Positions 12,302 through 23,011 of a stretch of 64,000 nucleotides of DNA are shown in pieces. A program made the position numbers and the translations under genes. This stretch comes from Phyllosticta citribraziliensis (lineage: Eukaryota), in the NCBI RefSeq assembly GCF_038025025.1, contig NW_027117342.1, positions 248,001 to 312,000 of the forward strand, in the 5' to 3' direction. The notes under the pieces are model-generated. The model was not told the DNA's origin. It saw only the letters and a list, made by a program, of their open reading frames with translations, and ran no database searches. Each line of letters begins with the position of its first letter. Position 1 is the first letter of the stretch.

Positions 12302-12641
12302 GTCTGTCGAGTCTTTGGCTTGGACTTTTGCCGTCTCACTCGTTTGGGCGACGCTTTTGCTGAGTGGTGAGACTGTGCTAGAAAGATGAATTGTCTCGCC
12401 GGATGCAGAATTTCGGGCGGAGGTCGTGAGACTCGAGACGTCGAAGAAGTGGTGCGGTCCGAGTACGGAATGGGTATTTGCCGTCAGCCTTGTGCAAACG
12501 ATGCAGGACAGGACGAAGCCTGAGATAGACGATGCAGCTTCTCGTGGTCGTAGACAGATGAGATGGTAGATGGTTACTCGCGGTCAGGTCAGCAAGGCTG
12601 TTTGTTTAATACTTTCCTAATGGAGTGAAGGTGCTCAAGCT

Positions 12642-12654
12642 TTCGAGAATTTTC
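12642..12654. promoter_or_regulatory. Perfect three-unit heat shock element
   Basis: TTCgaGAAttTTC in the divergent OPI10/NUDIX intergenic region, about 340 bp upstream of the Hikeshi ATG. Confidence 0.6.
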
Positions 12655-12894
12655 CCATGACGTTGGCCGGCTTTATCGATAAGCCCTGTTTTAACGGCCT
12701 GGCGCATGTTTCTAACGGTGAGTAACAGTTGAACCTAAGGCCGCCAATCCATGCTCCCGGTCGACCGTAATCCATGCATGAACTGCCTGTTCTGCTTCAG
12801 CTCAGAACCTGACAGCTAACCATCTCGTCCAACTTCAGCTTGCAGCCTTGCTGTTGCTTTTGTTTTTTCCACCACCTCCGATCTGCTGCGCATC

Positions 12895-14066
12895 ATGGCC
12901 ACCAACGAGAAGACGAGCAAATCGTACCTGGATTTGGTCAATGAGTGCGACAAGTGAGTACCTCGCTGGTACCCCGCCGCTGCAGGCCCCTCTCCACAAT
13001 CCATGGCGGCTGCAGAGCACACGACATTCCTCAGAACACCCGAGGAAGCTTCAAGGAATGGATCCATCACTCATGATATCCTACTCTCGCCGCCAATGCC
13101 AAACACCTACTTGGACTAACAAACTCCCCCAAATACAGCTTCCCCTACCCGCAAACCGACCCCGGTCTCTACGACGCCAGGCTCGACGGGCTATACACGC
13201 TGCTCGTAGCCGAGGAAGAGTCGACGCTGGGCTTCGTGCTGCCGCGCGTGGCCGAAGTGCTGCGGGGGCTGCCATCGTGGACGCTCAACGACGACGACGG
13301 CACGCTGACGCTGAGCGCGGGGCCCAGCGAGGACGAGCGCAGCGCCATCGTCGCCGCCACCACCATGGCCATGCGCCAGACGGGCCACTTCGCCGTGCTG
13401 AGCGGCTGGCGCGACGAGCTGTACCCCGTCTACGGCCGCGACGGCAAGTGCCTGTTCAAGATTGAGCGCTCCGCGAGCCCGCTCTTTGGCGTCGTCAGCT
13501 ACGGCGTCCACATGACTTGCTACACCAAGGACGCCGTGACGGGCGAGTACCGCTTTTGGACCCCCAAGCGCGCCTTGACCAAGCAGACGTACCCGGGCAT
13601 GCTGGACAATACCGTGGCGGGTGGGCTGGCGGCCGGCGAGAAGCCGCTGGAAGCCGTCGTGCGCGAGGGCGAGGAGGAGGCCAGCCTGCCGGCCGACTTG
13701 ATCAGAGAACGGGCAAAGGCCGTCGGCAACGTCAGCTACTTTTTGATCAGGGACGAAAAGGCGGGCGGTGAGACGGGCTTGATGCAGCCCGAGAGCCAAT
13801 ACGTCTACGACATGGAGCTGCCGGACGACGTCGTGCCCAAGCCCAACGACTCCGAGGTCGAGTCATTTGCGTTGCTGTCGACAGAGGAGGTCAAGGTCTC
13901 GTTACGGAGGGGCGAGTTCAAGCCAAACTGCGCGCTCGTCATGTTGGATTTCTTCATCAGGCACGGCATCCTGACGCCAGAGAACGAGCCTGACTACGTC
14001 GAGATCATCGCGAGGCTGCACCGCAGGTTTGAGTTCCCCACCGTCAAGTACCCTGGCTCGCAATAG
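12895..14066 (+). CDS. NUDIX hydrolase (YJR142W / thiamine pyrophosphokinase-related family)
   Basis: Exon 1 12895-12953, intron 12954-13138 (GTGAGT..ACTAAC..CAG), exon 2 13139-14066. Motifs GWRDELYPVY, YGVHM, KQTYPGMLDNTVAGG..REGEEEASL (Nudix box) and GEFKPNC. Confidence 0.9.
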
Positions 14067-14396
14067 AACGGCGGAAAAAGGAATATCAAAAAAAGACAGT
14101 ACAGGAATTTGGCGAGTCACTACTTTTGTTTTGGAGCAAGGAGTCTTGCCCGCAGGTTCATGCCTTGATCTTTCCGCTGCTGCATGCACATTCCGGACTT
14201 GTCTAGACTCGCCTTTTTGATATCTCATACGCCCGCGCTTCAGTGATGAAAGTAGAGCGCTGACCCTTCTCCGAACGCCAAAAATGCACATGTCCTTCCT
14301 CCGCGCCGCGTCATTGAGTTGTAGACACTGCTGGAGGCCCATGGGACGGACAATCCAAATGTCCAAATGTTGATTTTGAAAATGCCAGCCCCAGAT

Positions 14397-14891
14397 TTAT
14401 TTCTTGAGCAAGAGGTAGACGTAGTCGATGCGCAGCGGGGTCAGCTTCTTGTACGGGCCGTCGATGAAGAGCAGCAGCCCGCCAAAAGAAATGTAAACCT
14501 TGCTACAAGCACGAAGCATATCAGCAAAGCGAGCTCCCAACCTTTCACGCTCGCGCGAGTAGACTCACATGTGGTCGCCGTCGCCCTCCTCAAAGCGGTA
14601 GACCTTGCCGTGCATGACATAGTCGTACATGTCAGCGAGGGTCGTCTCGGTGGAGGTGTCGAGCTCGCGCCAGCCCTTTTCCTCCTTGGTGCCGTCGAGG
14701 TTCAGCGTGCTCGCCAGCAGCATCTGCAGCGTCTCGCCCGTCTCCACCGGGAACAGCTCGTGGTTGATGTCCAGCGTCATGGTCGTCTGGCTGTCGCTCG
14801 ACGACCCCGTCAGCCGCGACACCCGGTCGTACTTGGCCTTGTCCTGCCCCGTGACGTGGAACGTGTCTTCGTAGAGCTGCGAGTCGCTCAT
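14397..14891 (-). CDS. RPB8: RNA polymerase I/II/III shared subunit Rpb8
   Basis: Exons 14891-14569 and 14502-14397. Motifs KYDRVSRL, TLDINHELFP, LADMYDYVMHGKVY and YISFGGLL. Confidence 0.96.
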
Positions 14892-15211
14892 GGTGGCGGT
14901 TGGTCGTGGTGGTCGTGGTGCTGTGTCGGAGGTGAAAATACGCGGGCGTGCGATTGAAGCGCGGTTACGGGACGAGGACGCAGATCAGAGGGCGCTGGAC
15001 GTGTATCTGTGAGCGCTGGTGTGGACGCCGTAGCTGACGCTTCGGTGGTGATTTTGTCGGAGGATGCAGAGGTGTCAGGAAAGGTGGTTTGCGATGCGCG
15101 TGAAAGTCCGCCGCAAATCGCGGAGATGGTCCGAGCTCCCACTTCTTCTCTTCCGCCGGGCCGCCAAGTCCTGGACGCATTCTGCCATCGACTTTCTCTC
15201 AACGCCCAATC

Positions 15212-16524
15212 ATGGCCTTTCGCAAGCGTAACATCGGCATTGGTCGTACGCCGCCTGGAAACGAATCGCCAGTACCGGTAGCGAGTGCGCCGCCAGCAGT
15301 GGTCCCCGGAATACGCCCATCGCCCGTTGACGGCCGCCCGACGACCTCGACGGGAACACCGTCGCTGGATGGGATTCTGGCTGGCCATGCGGGCCTCGCG
15401 ATGGGGTCCTGCCTCCTCGTGGAAGAAACGGGCACCACCGACTTTACAGGAGCTCTTCTGAGATACTATGCCGCAGAGGGCGTGGTGCAAGGGCACAAAC
15501 TCCACGTGGTGGGGTTTGGGGAGCCATGGGGAAGACAGCTGCCCGGGCTTGTGGGAGTGGCTGACGGCGAAGAAGAGAGCAGCGGCGGATCCAAGACGAA
15601 GGAGAAGATGAAGATAGCTTGGAGGTATGAGAGACTGGGGGAGTTTGAGGCGGAGAAGAGAATTGGCGGCGCTCGAGGTGTGTGGGACCTGTCTTTGCGT
15701 GGCTTTTTGTATACATGTTCCAACAATATGGACATTTGCTCTATCAAAGACTCGATCTATGATTGCTGATGCCATGTGAATGTGTAGGACCGGTGGACAG
15801 GAGTGCCTCTGGCACAAATCTAACTTCACCGGACGATGCAGCACCGCCATTCTGCCACAAGTTTGATCTGGCCAAACGTCTCGAATTTCCTGCCGGAACG
15901 TCAATCAACTACATTCCTATGCCACCGCCACACCAACAGACTTCGCCTTTTCTACCCGTTCTCCAGAACGTAGCAAGAAGCCTTGCGTCGACGTCACCGA
16001 CAACGATCCACAGAGTGGTAGTCCCCAGTCTACTTTCTCCAGCGCTCTACCCGCCTCAGGCCAGCCAGCCTTCATTTCTCCTTCAGTTCTTCCACGGACT
16101 CCGTGCTCTTCTCCGCAAATACCCCACGCGCCTGACAGCCGTCCTCTCTCTCCCGCTCGAGCTCTACCCGCGCTCTTCCGGCCTCGTACGCTGGTGCGAG
16201 CTGCTCTCAGATGGCGTACTCGAGCTCCAGCCGTTCCCTCACTTGATGGATTCCTACGGAGATCTTGCAGCGTCCGGAGCTGCCACGGCAAACGAAGAGA
16301 AGCCGCAGGGCATGCTGCGAGTGCACAGACTGCCCGTCTTCCACGAAAGAGGAGGCGGAGGCGGCGGCGTCGCCAGCGTTGGAGACGACTTGGCGTTTAC
16401 AATGAGCAGGCGGCGGTTTGTGATTAAACCATTCAGTCTGCCGCCGGTGGAGGGAGACACGGAAGCGCAGGGAGCGCTGGGTGCCGAGCAAGGAAAGCAG
16501 ACCAAGGTGGACATAGAATTTTGA
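15212..16524 (+). CDS. ELP4: Elongator subunit Elp4 (PAXNEB)
   Basis: Exons 15212-15677 and 15788-16524. Motifs PGIRPSP..TSTGTPSLDGILAGHAGL, LLRYYAAEG, MKIAWRY, FCHKFDLAKRL and FVIKPFSLPP. Confidence 0.93.
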
Positions 16525-16593
16525 TTGGCGATTCCCACGATCCTCTCTGGTAGGTACTCCTAAGAACTGAGGTGGTGCCACATTCGAGAAAGA

Positions 16594-16900
16594 TCAGAGG
16601 TCGGAATCTTCGGATTCAATGCCGGCTTCGTACATGGCCTCCATTTCGATTTGCTCCCAGCCCGCGTGACCGGCTCCAGAGCTGAGACCTCGAGAATATC
16701 CACGGCCAAAGGATGGATTCCGAGGATTGATGGAAATGCCGGCAAAGGTGGCCCTGGCGCTCTCTCCGATCAATGAAGAAAAGACGAGCCATGCTGCAGT
16801 TTGGAGTTAGAGTTGACTGGCAAAATAGAGGAATGGCCGTACCAAACAATGCAAGCAATGGGAAGAATAGAACCAAGGCTAGAATGATCAAGACTCCCAT
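16594..16900 (-). CDS. Small (85 aa) spliced single-pass membrane protein of unknown function
   Basis: Exon 1 16900-16843, 49-nt intron 16842-16794 (GTACGG..CTAAC..CAG), exon 2 16793-16594. Product: MGVLIILALVLFFPLLALFAWLVFSSLIGESARATFAGISINPRNPSFGRGYSRGLSSGAGHAGWEQIEMEAMYEAGIESEDSDL. Confidence 0.7.
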
Positions 16901-17054
16901 GTTCGATTTGAATGTTTCTGAAATGTGTCGAGGATTGTGAATGAGTGGTCAGGCGGTTGGTGGTCAGGACCGCCGGCGGAATCCGGAAGGCCTGCCGATG
17001 TCCGTGCGCTCGGCTCCGGCCGACATTCTCCCGCGACACTCACTTTTCTCAACG

Positions 17055-18946
17055 ATGTCCGCCTCTTCTCCCCACCACCCGCACAATGTAGAAACCACAA
17101 ACAACGCCTCATTGAGGCACCACACAGGTACGCACCCTTCTTCTCCTTCCACCCTACCCATTTACATGATTAATGCAACTTATCAATCAATCTGTCAATC
17201 CCCTGAGCTCCAGAGCAAGACTCTGGACGTCGATGTCACACAGTCCTACTATGAATTATCCACAATACCCTCGAGTTGAAGAAAATTAAGCGAAACAAGC
17301 GACTAACTTTCGCAACAGATCTACTAGCAAGTCTTGCTGCCGAGATGAGTGGCCTCGCCCACGTCTTCCCGTTTCAAAGGGCGTCGACGCCTCCGCCTGT
17401 TGGCGAGGTGCAGGCACCAAGCCCGGAGCGAAAACAGATTCCTGCTGTCCTGGTCGACGAAGCCGAAGCTACTGTGGTACGGGGTGAAGATGCTGGCGAT
17501 GCCGCCCGGCCACAAGCGTCGTCTGCACTCATAGATGAGCAGATGCAGGTGTTTGAGCCGTTGGAGGTCGGAGACCTGACACCGGCGCCGAGTGAGCAGT
17601 CTGGAAGCAGCCCACGGAGGACACCCGAGGAAACCTCAAAGACCAAGTCGGAGGTTGCGCCTGAAGCAGAAAGGCTGGATGCACCTCGAGCAGAGGTCCT
17701 AGTGACGGATCCTCAGTCGCCCTCCACCTCGACACTCAGTGAAGAAACAACCCTTCCGTCTTCCACGAGCACTGGGGCACCGCACTCGAGTGCCTCCAGC
17801 GTGGAAGCAAGGCCCGTGCAACATAGCGTAGAGGAATCACATGATACGATCGAGTTTCCAGCATATTCATCCGCATTCATGCCTGCCAGTCCACCCACAC
17901 CCGTCTCTGAAATGCCTCCTCCAAAAGAAACACGACAGCAGCCGGCCCAGGCAACGGACGAAACCATCCAACCGGCTCATGCTCCATTCCCCATATCCCA
18001 CGTTGCCAAGAAGTACTTCATCCACGACCCAACCACCATTGCCCACGTCCGCCGCGAACACAACATGTGCGGCGTCCTCATCGGCACGCTTCCCAGCCAC
18101 CCTCAGCAAAACGTCTTCCTGGGCACGCCTCTCTCGCTCATGCCCGAGGAGGCGCGCCGGCTCGTCGAAATCGGCGCCGCGTACATCGTGGACGACACGG
18201 CCGCGCACCGGGCCGGCATGCTGGGCGGCGGCGTCCCCGAGGCCGAACGCAAGGCGTTTGCGCGCGCCGTGGAGAAGCAAGGCATCGACGCCATGCGCGC
18301 CTCGCAGAAAAAGGCCGACGACGTCAAGAAGGAGATTCTCAAGAAGAACGCCGAGAAGATTGCGGCTGCCAGGGAGGCCAAGCAGAAAGAGCGGCAGCAG
18401 AAGAGGGACAATGCGGCGCAGGCGCAGGGTCAGACCAATGGCGACGGCGACGGTGCATCCGAATCCCTCTTCAACGCGCCAGCACCACCGCGTCCCTCGT
18501 CGCCCGCGCCGTCCTCACTCAAGTCAGCCGCAACCGGCGAAGAGCGATACTACATCACACCCACGACATCGCACCCGCCGCTGCCGACGCCTCCCGCCTC
18601 TCCGCCCACGCCCTCCACGCCCTCAACGGCGCTGCTCCCGCCGGCGCCGTCGTCGTACCCGCTCTTCGCGTACCTGCACTCGCGCGGCTTCTTCATGACG
18701 CCCGGGCTGCGCTTCGGCTGCCAGTACACGGCGTACCCGGGCGACCCGCTGCGGTTCCACAGCCACTTCCTGGCCGTCGGCATGGGCTGGGACGAGCCGT
18801 TTGACTTGATGCGCTTGGTGGGCGGCGGCCGGTTGGGCACGGGTGTTAAGAAGGCGTTTTTGATTGGGGCGAAGGAGGAGGGAGATGGTGATGAAGATGC
18901 GGCGGAGGGCGTGCGGGCTTTTAGCGTGGAGTGGAGTGGCATGTAG
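17055..18946 (+). CDS. SEN34: tRNA-splicing endonuclease subunit Sen34 with a long acidic N-terminal extension
   Basis: Catalytic-region motifs PGLRFGCQYTAYPGDPLRFHSHF and GGGRLGTGVKKAF, and N-core RREHNMCGVLIGTLP..QQNVFLG. Putative exon 1 17055-17127 splices in frame across a 191-nt intron (17128-17318; GTACGC..GACTAAC..CAG). The true start codon is uncertain. Confidence 0.88.
17161..17259 (+). ncRNA. Intronic box C/D snoRNA; predicted guide for 2'-O-methylation of 18S rRNA at the U in GGA(U)UGACAGAUUGA (human Um1288 equivalent; SNORD110/snoR14-like)
   Basis: C box ATGATTA 17166-17172. Guide TCAATCTGTCAATCC 17187-17201 is the exact reverse complement of conserved 18S GGATTGACAGATTGA. D' box CTGA 17203-17206. 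7-bp stem TCCAGAG/CTCTGGA 17209-17227. Degenerate C' near 17230-17236. Candidate D box ATGA 17251-17254, about 50 nt before the branch point. Boundaries are approximate. Confidence 0.78.
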
Positions 18947-19155
18947 AGTTGCAGTGGGCAGGAAACTCTTCTACGTCTCGGAGGGAAGCACTCGGAGTAC
19001 AAAGTCGACATGCGAATCGAACCCTTTTCGTCCATGTTTTGCCAAACAACGGAAATAGTTACCAACCAACTCGGTCAAAGGCTCTCCAGCACCATCCAGC
19101 CCATGTCCCCTTGCCCCTCTCTTCTGCCCTCATCCCTCATCCCTCAAACAACATG

Positions 19156-19188
19156 CCTACCTACCTACCTACCTACCTACCTACCTAC
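19156..19188. repeat. (CTAC)n microsatellite
   Basis: Tandem CCTA units downstream of SEN34. Confidence 0.9.
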
Positions 19189-19521
19189 ATGCCTACATGC
19201 CTACATACAAACACGCCCTCATCCACATCCACACGCACCAAAAACACGCACCCGCTTTCTCTTTCCGGAACGGCTCATCTGGGCCCGGCCAGGGAGTAGA
19301 TCACGGGCACCCAGCGCCTCGGCTCGGGGCGACCAAGTCTAACCCCCTTCGTCAGGTAGGCAGGGTGCCAGGTGCCGCCGACGTGGAAGCGAGCGAATAA
19401 CGACGGATAGGTACGGATGAGCAGTAACGTGCGGATCAGCAGCGGGCGTCCCTGAGGGTTGGGTGTGCAGGGCAGGGCCCGAGGGGGCTCGGAGTTTGCG
19501 AGCGAGACTGATGGCGCTGGG

Positions 19522-19730
19522 TTATCTGATCGGGGATTGGAGGTGGTGGGCGGGACATGTCCGAACCGATGGCCGAGGCGAGAGAGCGAGGACCGCCGCT
19601 GTGGTTGGTGAATGAAAGAGATGATTGGGGGGGGCTGTGGTCTGGGGCTCTGGGGGCCATGTCCAATTACTGGTGGCAGCCTGAATGGTGGAATGCGGGG
19701 ATGGCGGTGTTCGTCCGCCTGTTATCTGAT
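19522..19730 (-). promoter_or_regulatory. Two SreA-type extended GATA sites (ATCAGATAA)
   Basis: TTATCTGAT at 19522-19530 and 19722-19730 matches the ATCWGATAA consensus on the minus strand. A near-match CTATCTGAT lies at 20990-20998. Confidence 0.6.
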
Positions 19731-20213
19731 GTCAGTGCATGTCGTACATTTTTGATGCTTGCTTGATGCATATTGGCCATGTAGACCATGTGTCTGGAGC
19801 GCCGAGTGTCAGCACAGTACGGAATACCCACGTATCCGGCTCTTTGGCGTGCGAGGGCCGGCTTTATTTCGTACTCGGTTCCTTCGTGCGTGTGGAACGC
19901 AGAGTGAGGACGCCGGCACTCGCCTATCCGCGAACGACTGTCTGTACCACCACCACAGAACAAAAGAGCGACGGGTGTGGAAGCGAAAGCGATGGTAGAC
20001 AAGGATGTGACAGGGAGGAGGGGACGTGTGCATTAACGACGGTCGGCAGACAGGGGCGCTAGGGACAAGAAATGGCGAGAATCGGACTGGCTGCCCGGGG
20101 GAAAGAAGACTTCTAGACGGGCGGCATGGATGCCAAGATGTGGAGCTGCTCGACCACGGCCCACGTGCCGTGCCAGGAAGGGCTTTGAGCAGGACGGGAC
20201 CGCAGAGAGCGAG

Positions 20214-20239
20214 CCAATCACGGCGGAGATGTTGGTCAG
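20214..20239 (+). promoter_or_regulatory. Candidate CBC:HapX bipartite site
   Basis: CCAAT-cacggcggagat-GTT fits CSAAT-N12-RWT and is followed by GGTCAG (TGAC on the opposite strand). It lies upstream of sreA. Confidence 0.55.
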
Positions 20240-21107
20240 AAGTACGGAATACGGTGTTTGGTGCCTGGTAAGGATGGGACAGCATTGACGGGCGCGGTCG
20301 AATCTAGAGACTCTTGTATCCGTGGACGCGACTGGAATTCACCGGGTGCCGCCGCGCGTCGGAGGTGGGAGACGGCACGGCCAAGATGGGGCGCGACGAC
20401 GAAGTTTTTTTCTTTTTATTCCCGCGCGCTGTGGTGGTGGTGGTTTCAAGGGGCGATGCGATGCGATTTCGGACTGGAGAGGTGGGCGGCATGATGTGGT
20501 GTGGAGAGGGGGCCGGGGTGCGATATCGCCATTTGCGTGCCGCAATGCAGCGAGGAATTTGCAGGGCGCGAGAGAGTGGACGCGTAGCGCATGAGGAGGA
20601 CGACAAGCCAGGGCGTTTCTCGAGAAACGTTTCGGGATGCGAAGGGCATTGTAGACCCGTTGGATGACATGTCGTGAGGTGGTGGTGGTGGTTGATAGCC
20701 GAAAGCAGGGACAGCCAATGGCAGACGGGCCAAAGGCGCTGACGCAGCAGCAACGGGCAGCGCGCCAAACCTGACTGCGCGTACATCAACCAACCAATGC
20801 TCTCCCTCTCCCACTGCAGTCCAGTCCAGTCTCACCTCACCCCGTCTCCCTCCACTCCACTCGCTCGCTCCGCCCACCACATATCAAGCTTTCCGCCCCC
20901 CCCCGACCAGGTCCAGCCTTTGCCCAAAAGAGCGCCGCTACCTCTCCCGAACCGAACGCCCCCGGACACCGCCCAAGCATCTATCTCATCTATCTGATCA
21001 CCACCCCAAACCATCTCCGCGCCGCTGCTCGCCTGTCCCAATCCATCACCACCCTGGATTCCAACTCGCCCTCCACTCACCTCCCCTCCCCACCGCTTCA
21101 TGACGTT

Positions 21108-23011
21108 ATGACCACCTCCTCCTACAACTCGCCCTCCTCAATGCCCAACGCTCACCACTCTCGGTCCGACCCTGCTGCGGAGTCGCCCCTAAATCCCCAG
21201 CCTGCCGCCAATCCCGTCTTGCGCCAGCCCTCCAAGGAAGATCTCGAGGTTGCCCGCGAGCTTTCCCTCTTCTCTCACGCCCAGGAGCAACATCAACAGC
21301 CATCGCGAGATTCTTCCTCCCAATCTCAGCCCATGGCAGCCGACCCCGAACGCAATTCTCCCGCCGATCCCACGGCCAAGCAACACAACGTGCTCGAGCA
21401 CCATTCGCTCGACGACATTCAGACCTACCACGCCGGCCAACACCCTCCTCAACCTCGCCCTCTTTCGCCCTCTCCGAGCCCGCTGGTCCCGCGCCAACAG
21501 GCCGCAACCGCTCCCATGAACGGCCAGACTTGCAGGTATGCTCCCTCGGCTCCTTTTGACTAGTCGGTGTTGACGTCTGTAGCAACTGCGGGACAACGCG
21601 GACTCCCCTGTGGCGGAGATCGCCCACGGGAGAGCCCATATGCAACGCGTGCGGTCTCTACCTCAAGGCGCGCAACCAGTCTCGCCCTTCCAACATGAAG
21701 CGGAACTTGGCCCAGTCTCCCACCATGTCTGTCCAGCAACCACACGGCACCCCTGAGCCGCAAGATCGAAGTCAGTCCCCGTCTGCCTACCCTGGAGCCC
21801 CAGCGCGTGCGCCCTACGTAGCCGCCGAGCACGCGTCAGGAGGCACATGTCCAGGAGGAGGACGCTGCAATGGCACCGGCGGGCAGCAGTGTTGCAATGG
21901 GTGCCCTGCTTACAATAATCGGGTCTCCAAGACTGCTCAATACGCCCTCGCCCACGTCCATTCCAACGGAGCTCACCAGACTGAAGCATCGTCGTCGACT
22001 GCAGATGGCTCACAACCCCAACACCTCGCAACTCCAGCCGGCGCCAGCGCCATTCCTGCGTGTGCCAATTGTCGAACCACCGTCACGCCACTCTGGAGAC
22101 GCGATGAGCAGGGGCACACAATTTGCAATGCATGTGGTCTTTACTACAAGCTACACGGCGTCCACCGTCCAGTTCAGATGAAGAAGCAAGAGATTAAGCG
22201 AAGGAAACGCGTCGTTCCGGCAGCGCCCGCCGAGCCTGCCCACCACCTCTTTGCTCAGCATCCACCGCAGCAATACCCTCAATCACTCGGACACCAGCCA
22301 CAGCAGGAGCGTAGCCCTCAGTCCTCGGTTTCTCCAGCAGCAGCACAACAGTCGTTCCCGGAGAGGTCAGCAGACTATCCAAGGTCAGATCAAGAAGTGG
22401 CCGCACACCTCCAGGCCGCCGTCAATCAGCCACACCAGGCCCCGTCTGCCCACGACCACCATCACCATCACGACGAGCATCACCACCAGCCCCGCTTCGC
22501 TCCTCCACCGGCAGATTTCACAAATTACGTACCACCAGCCCCCGTTCAACGAGCAGCTCCGCGGCCCGTCTCTCAGCAATACCCCACCTCTCCCGCCTCC
22601 TCCATCCCTAGCAAACGCTCCGCGTCGCCCGGAACAGACACCGAGCAACCCCCGCCGCGGTCCGCATCCAACATTCCCCAGCTCCTCAACATCGACCCCT
22701 CGCTCTCGAACGCGACGACGGCAACGGCGCAACTGCACATCACGTCGGCGCCGACGACAGCGGCCAGCCCTACGACGGCACATAGCAACATGAGTTCCGA
22801 CGGCGGCCAACAGCAGAGTCAGACGCCGACCCCCGCAATCAGCCCGGAGCAGCGGCGCGTGAAGCGCGCGCGGCTGGAGATGGAGATGCAGGAGCTGAGG
22901 CGCAAGGCGCTGGAGGTGGAGAGCGAGTTGAGCAGGCTGGATCAGGACGGCGACACCATTCTGAGCGATGCGACGGCAACTGTGGGAGGAGGAGGAGGAG
23001 GAGGCGCGTAA
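21108..23011 (+). CDS. sreA: Iron-responsive GATA repressor SreA/SRE1/Urbs1
   Basis: Exons 21108-21535 and 21583-23011. Finger 1 [25 protein letters not shown], Cys-rich [20 protein letters not shown], finger 2 [25 protein letters not shown], and a C-terminal coiled coil. Confidence 0.95.

Noticed and set aside
12954..13138. TPP riboswitch in the intron of a thiamine-pyrophosphokinase-related gene
   Set aside because: The conserved CTGAGA and CTGATC/TAATG core of the TPP aptamer is absent.
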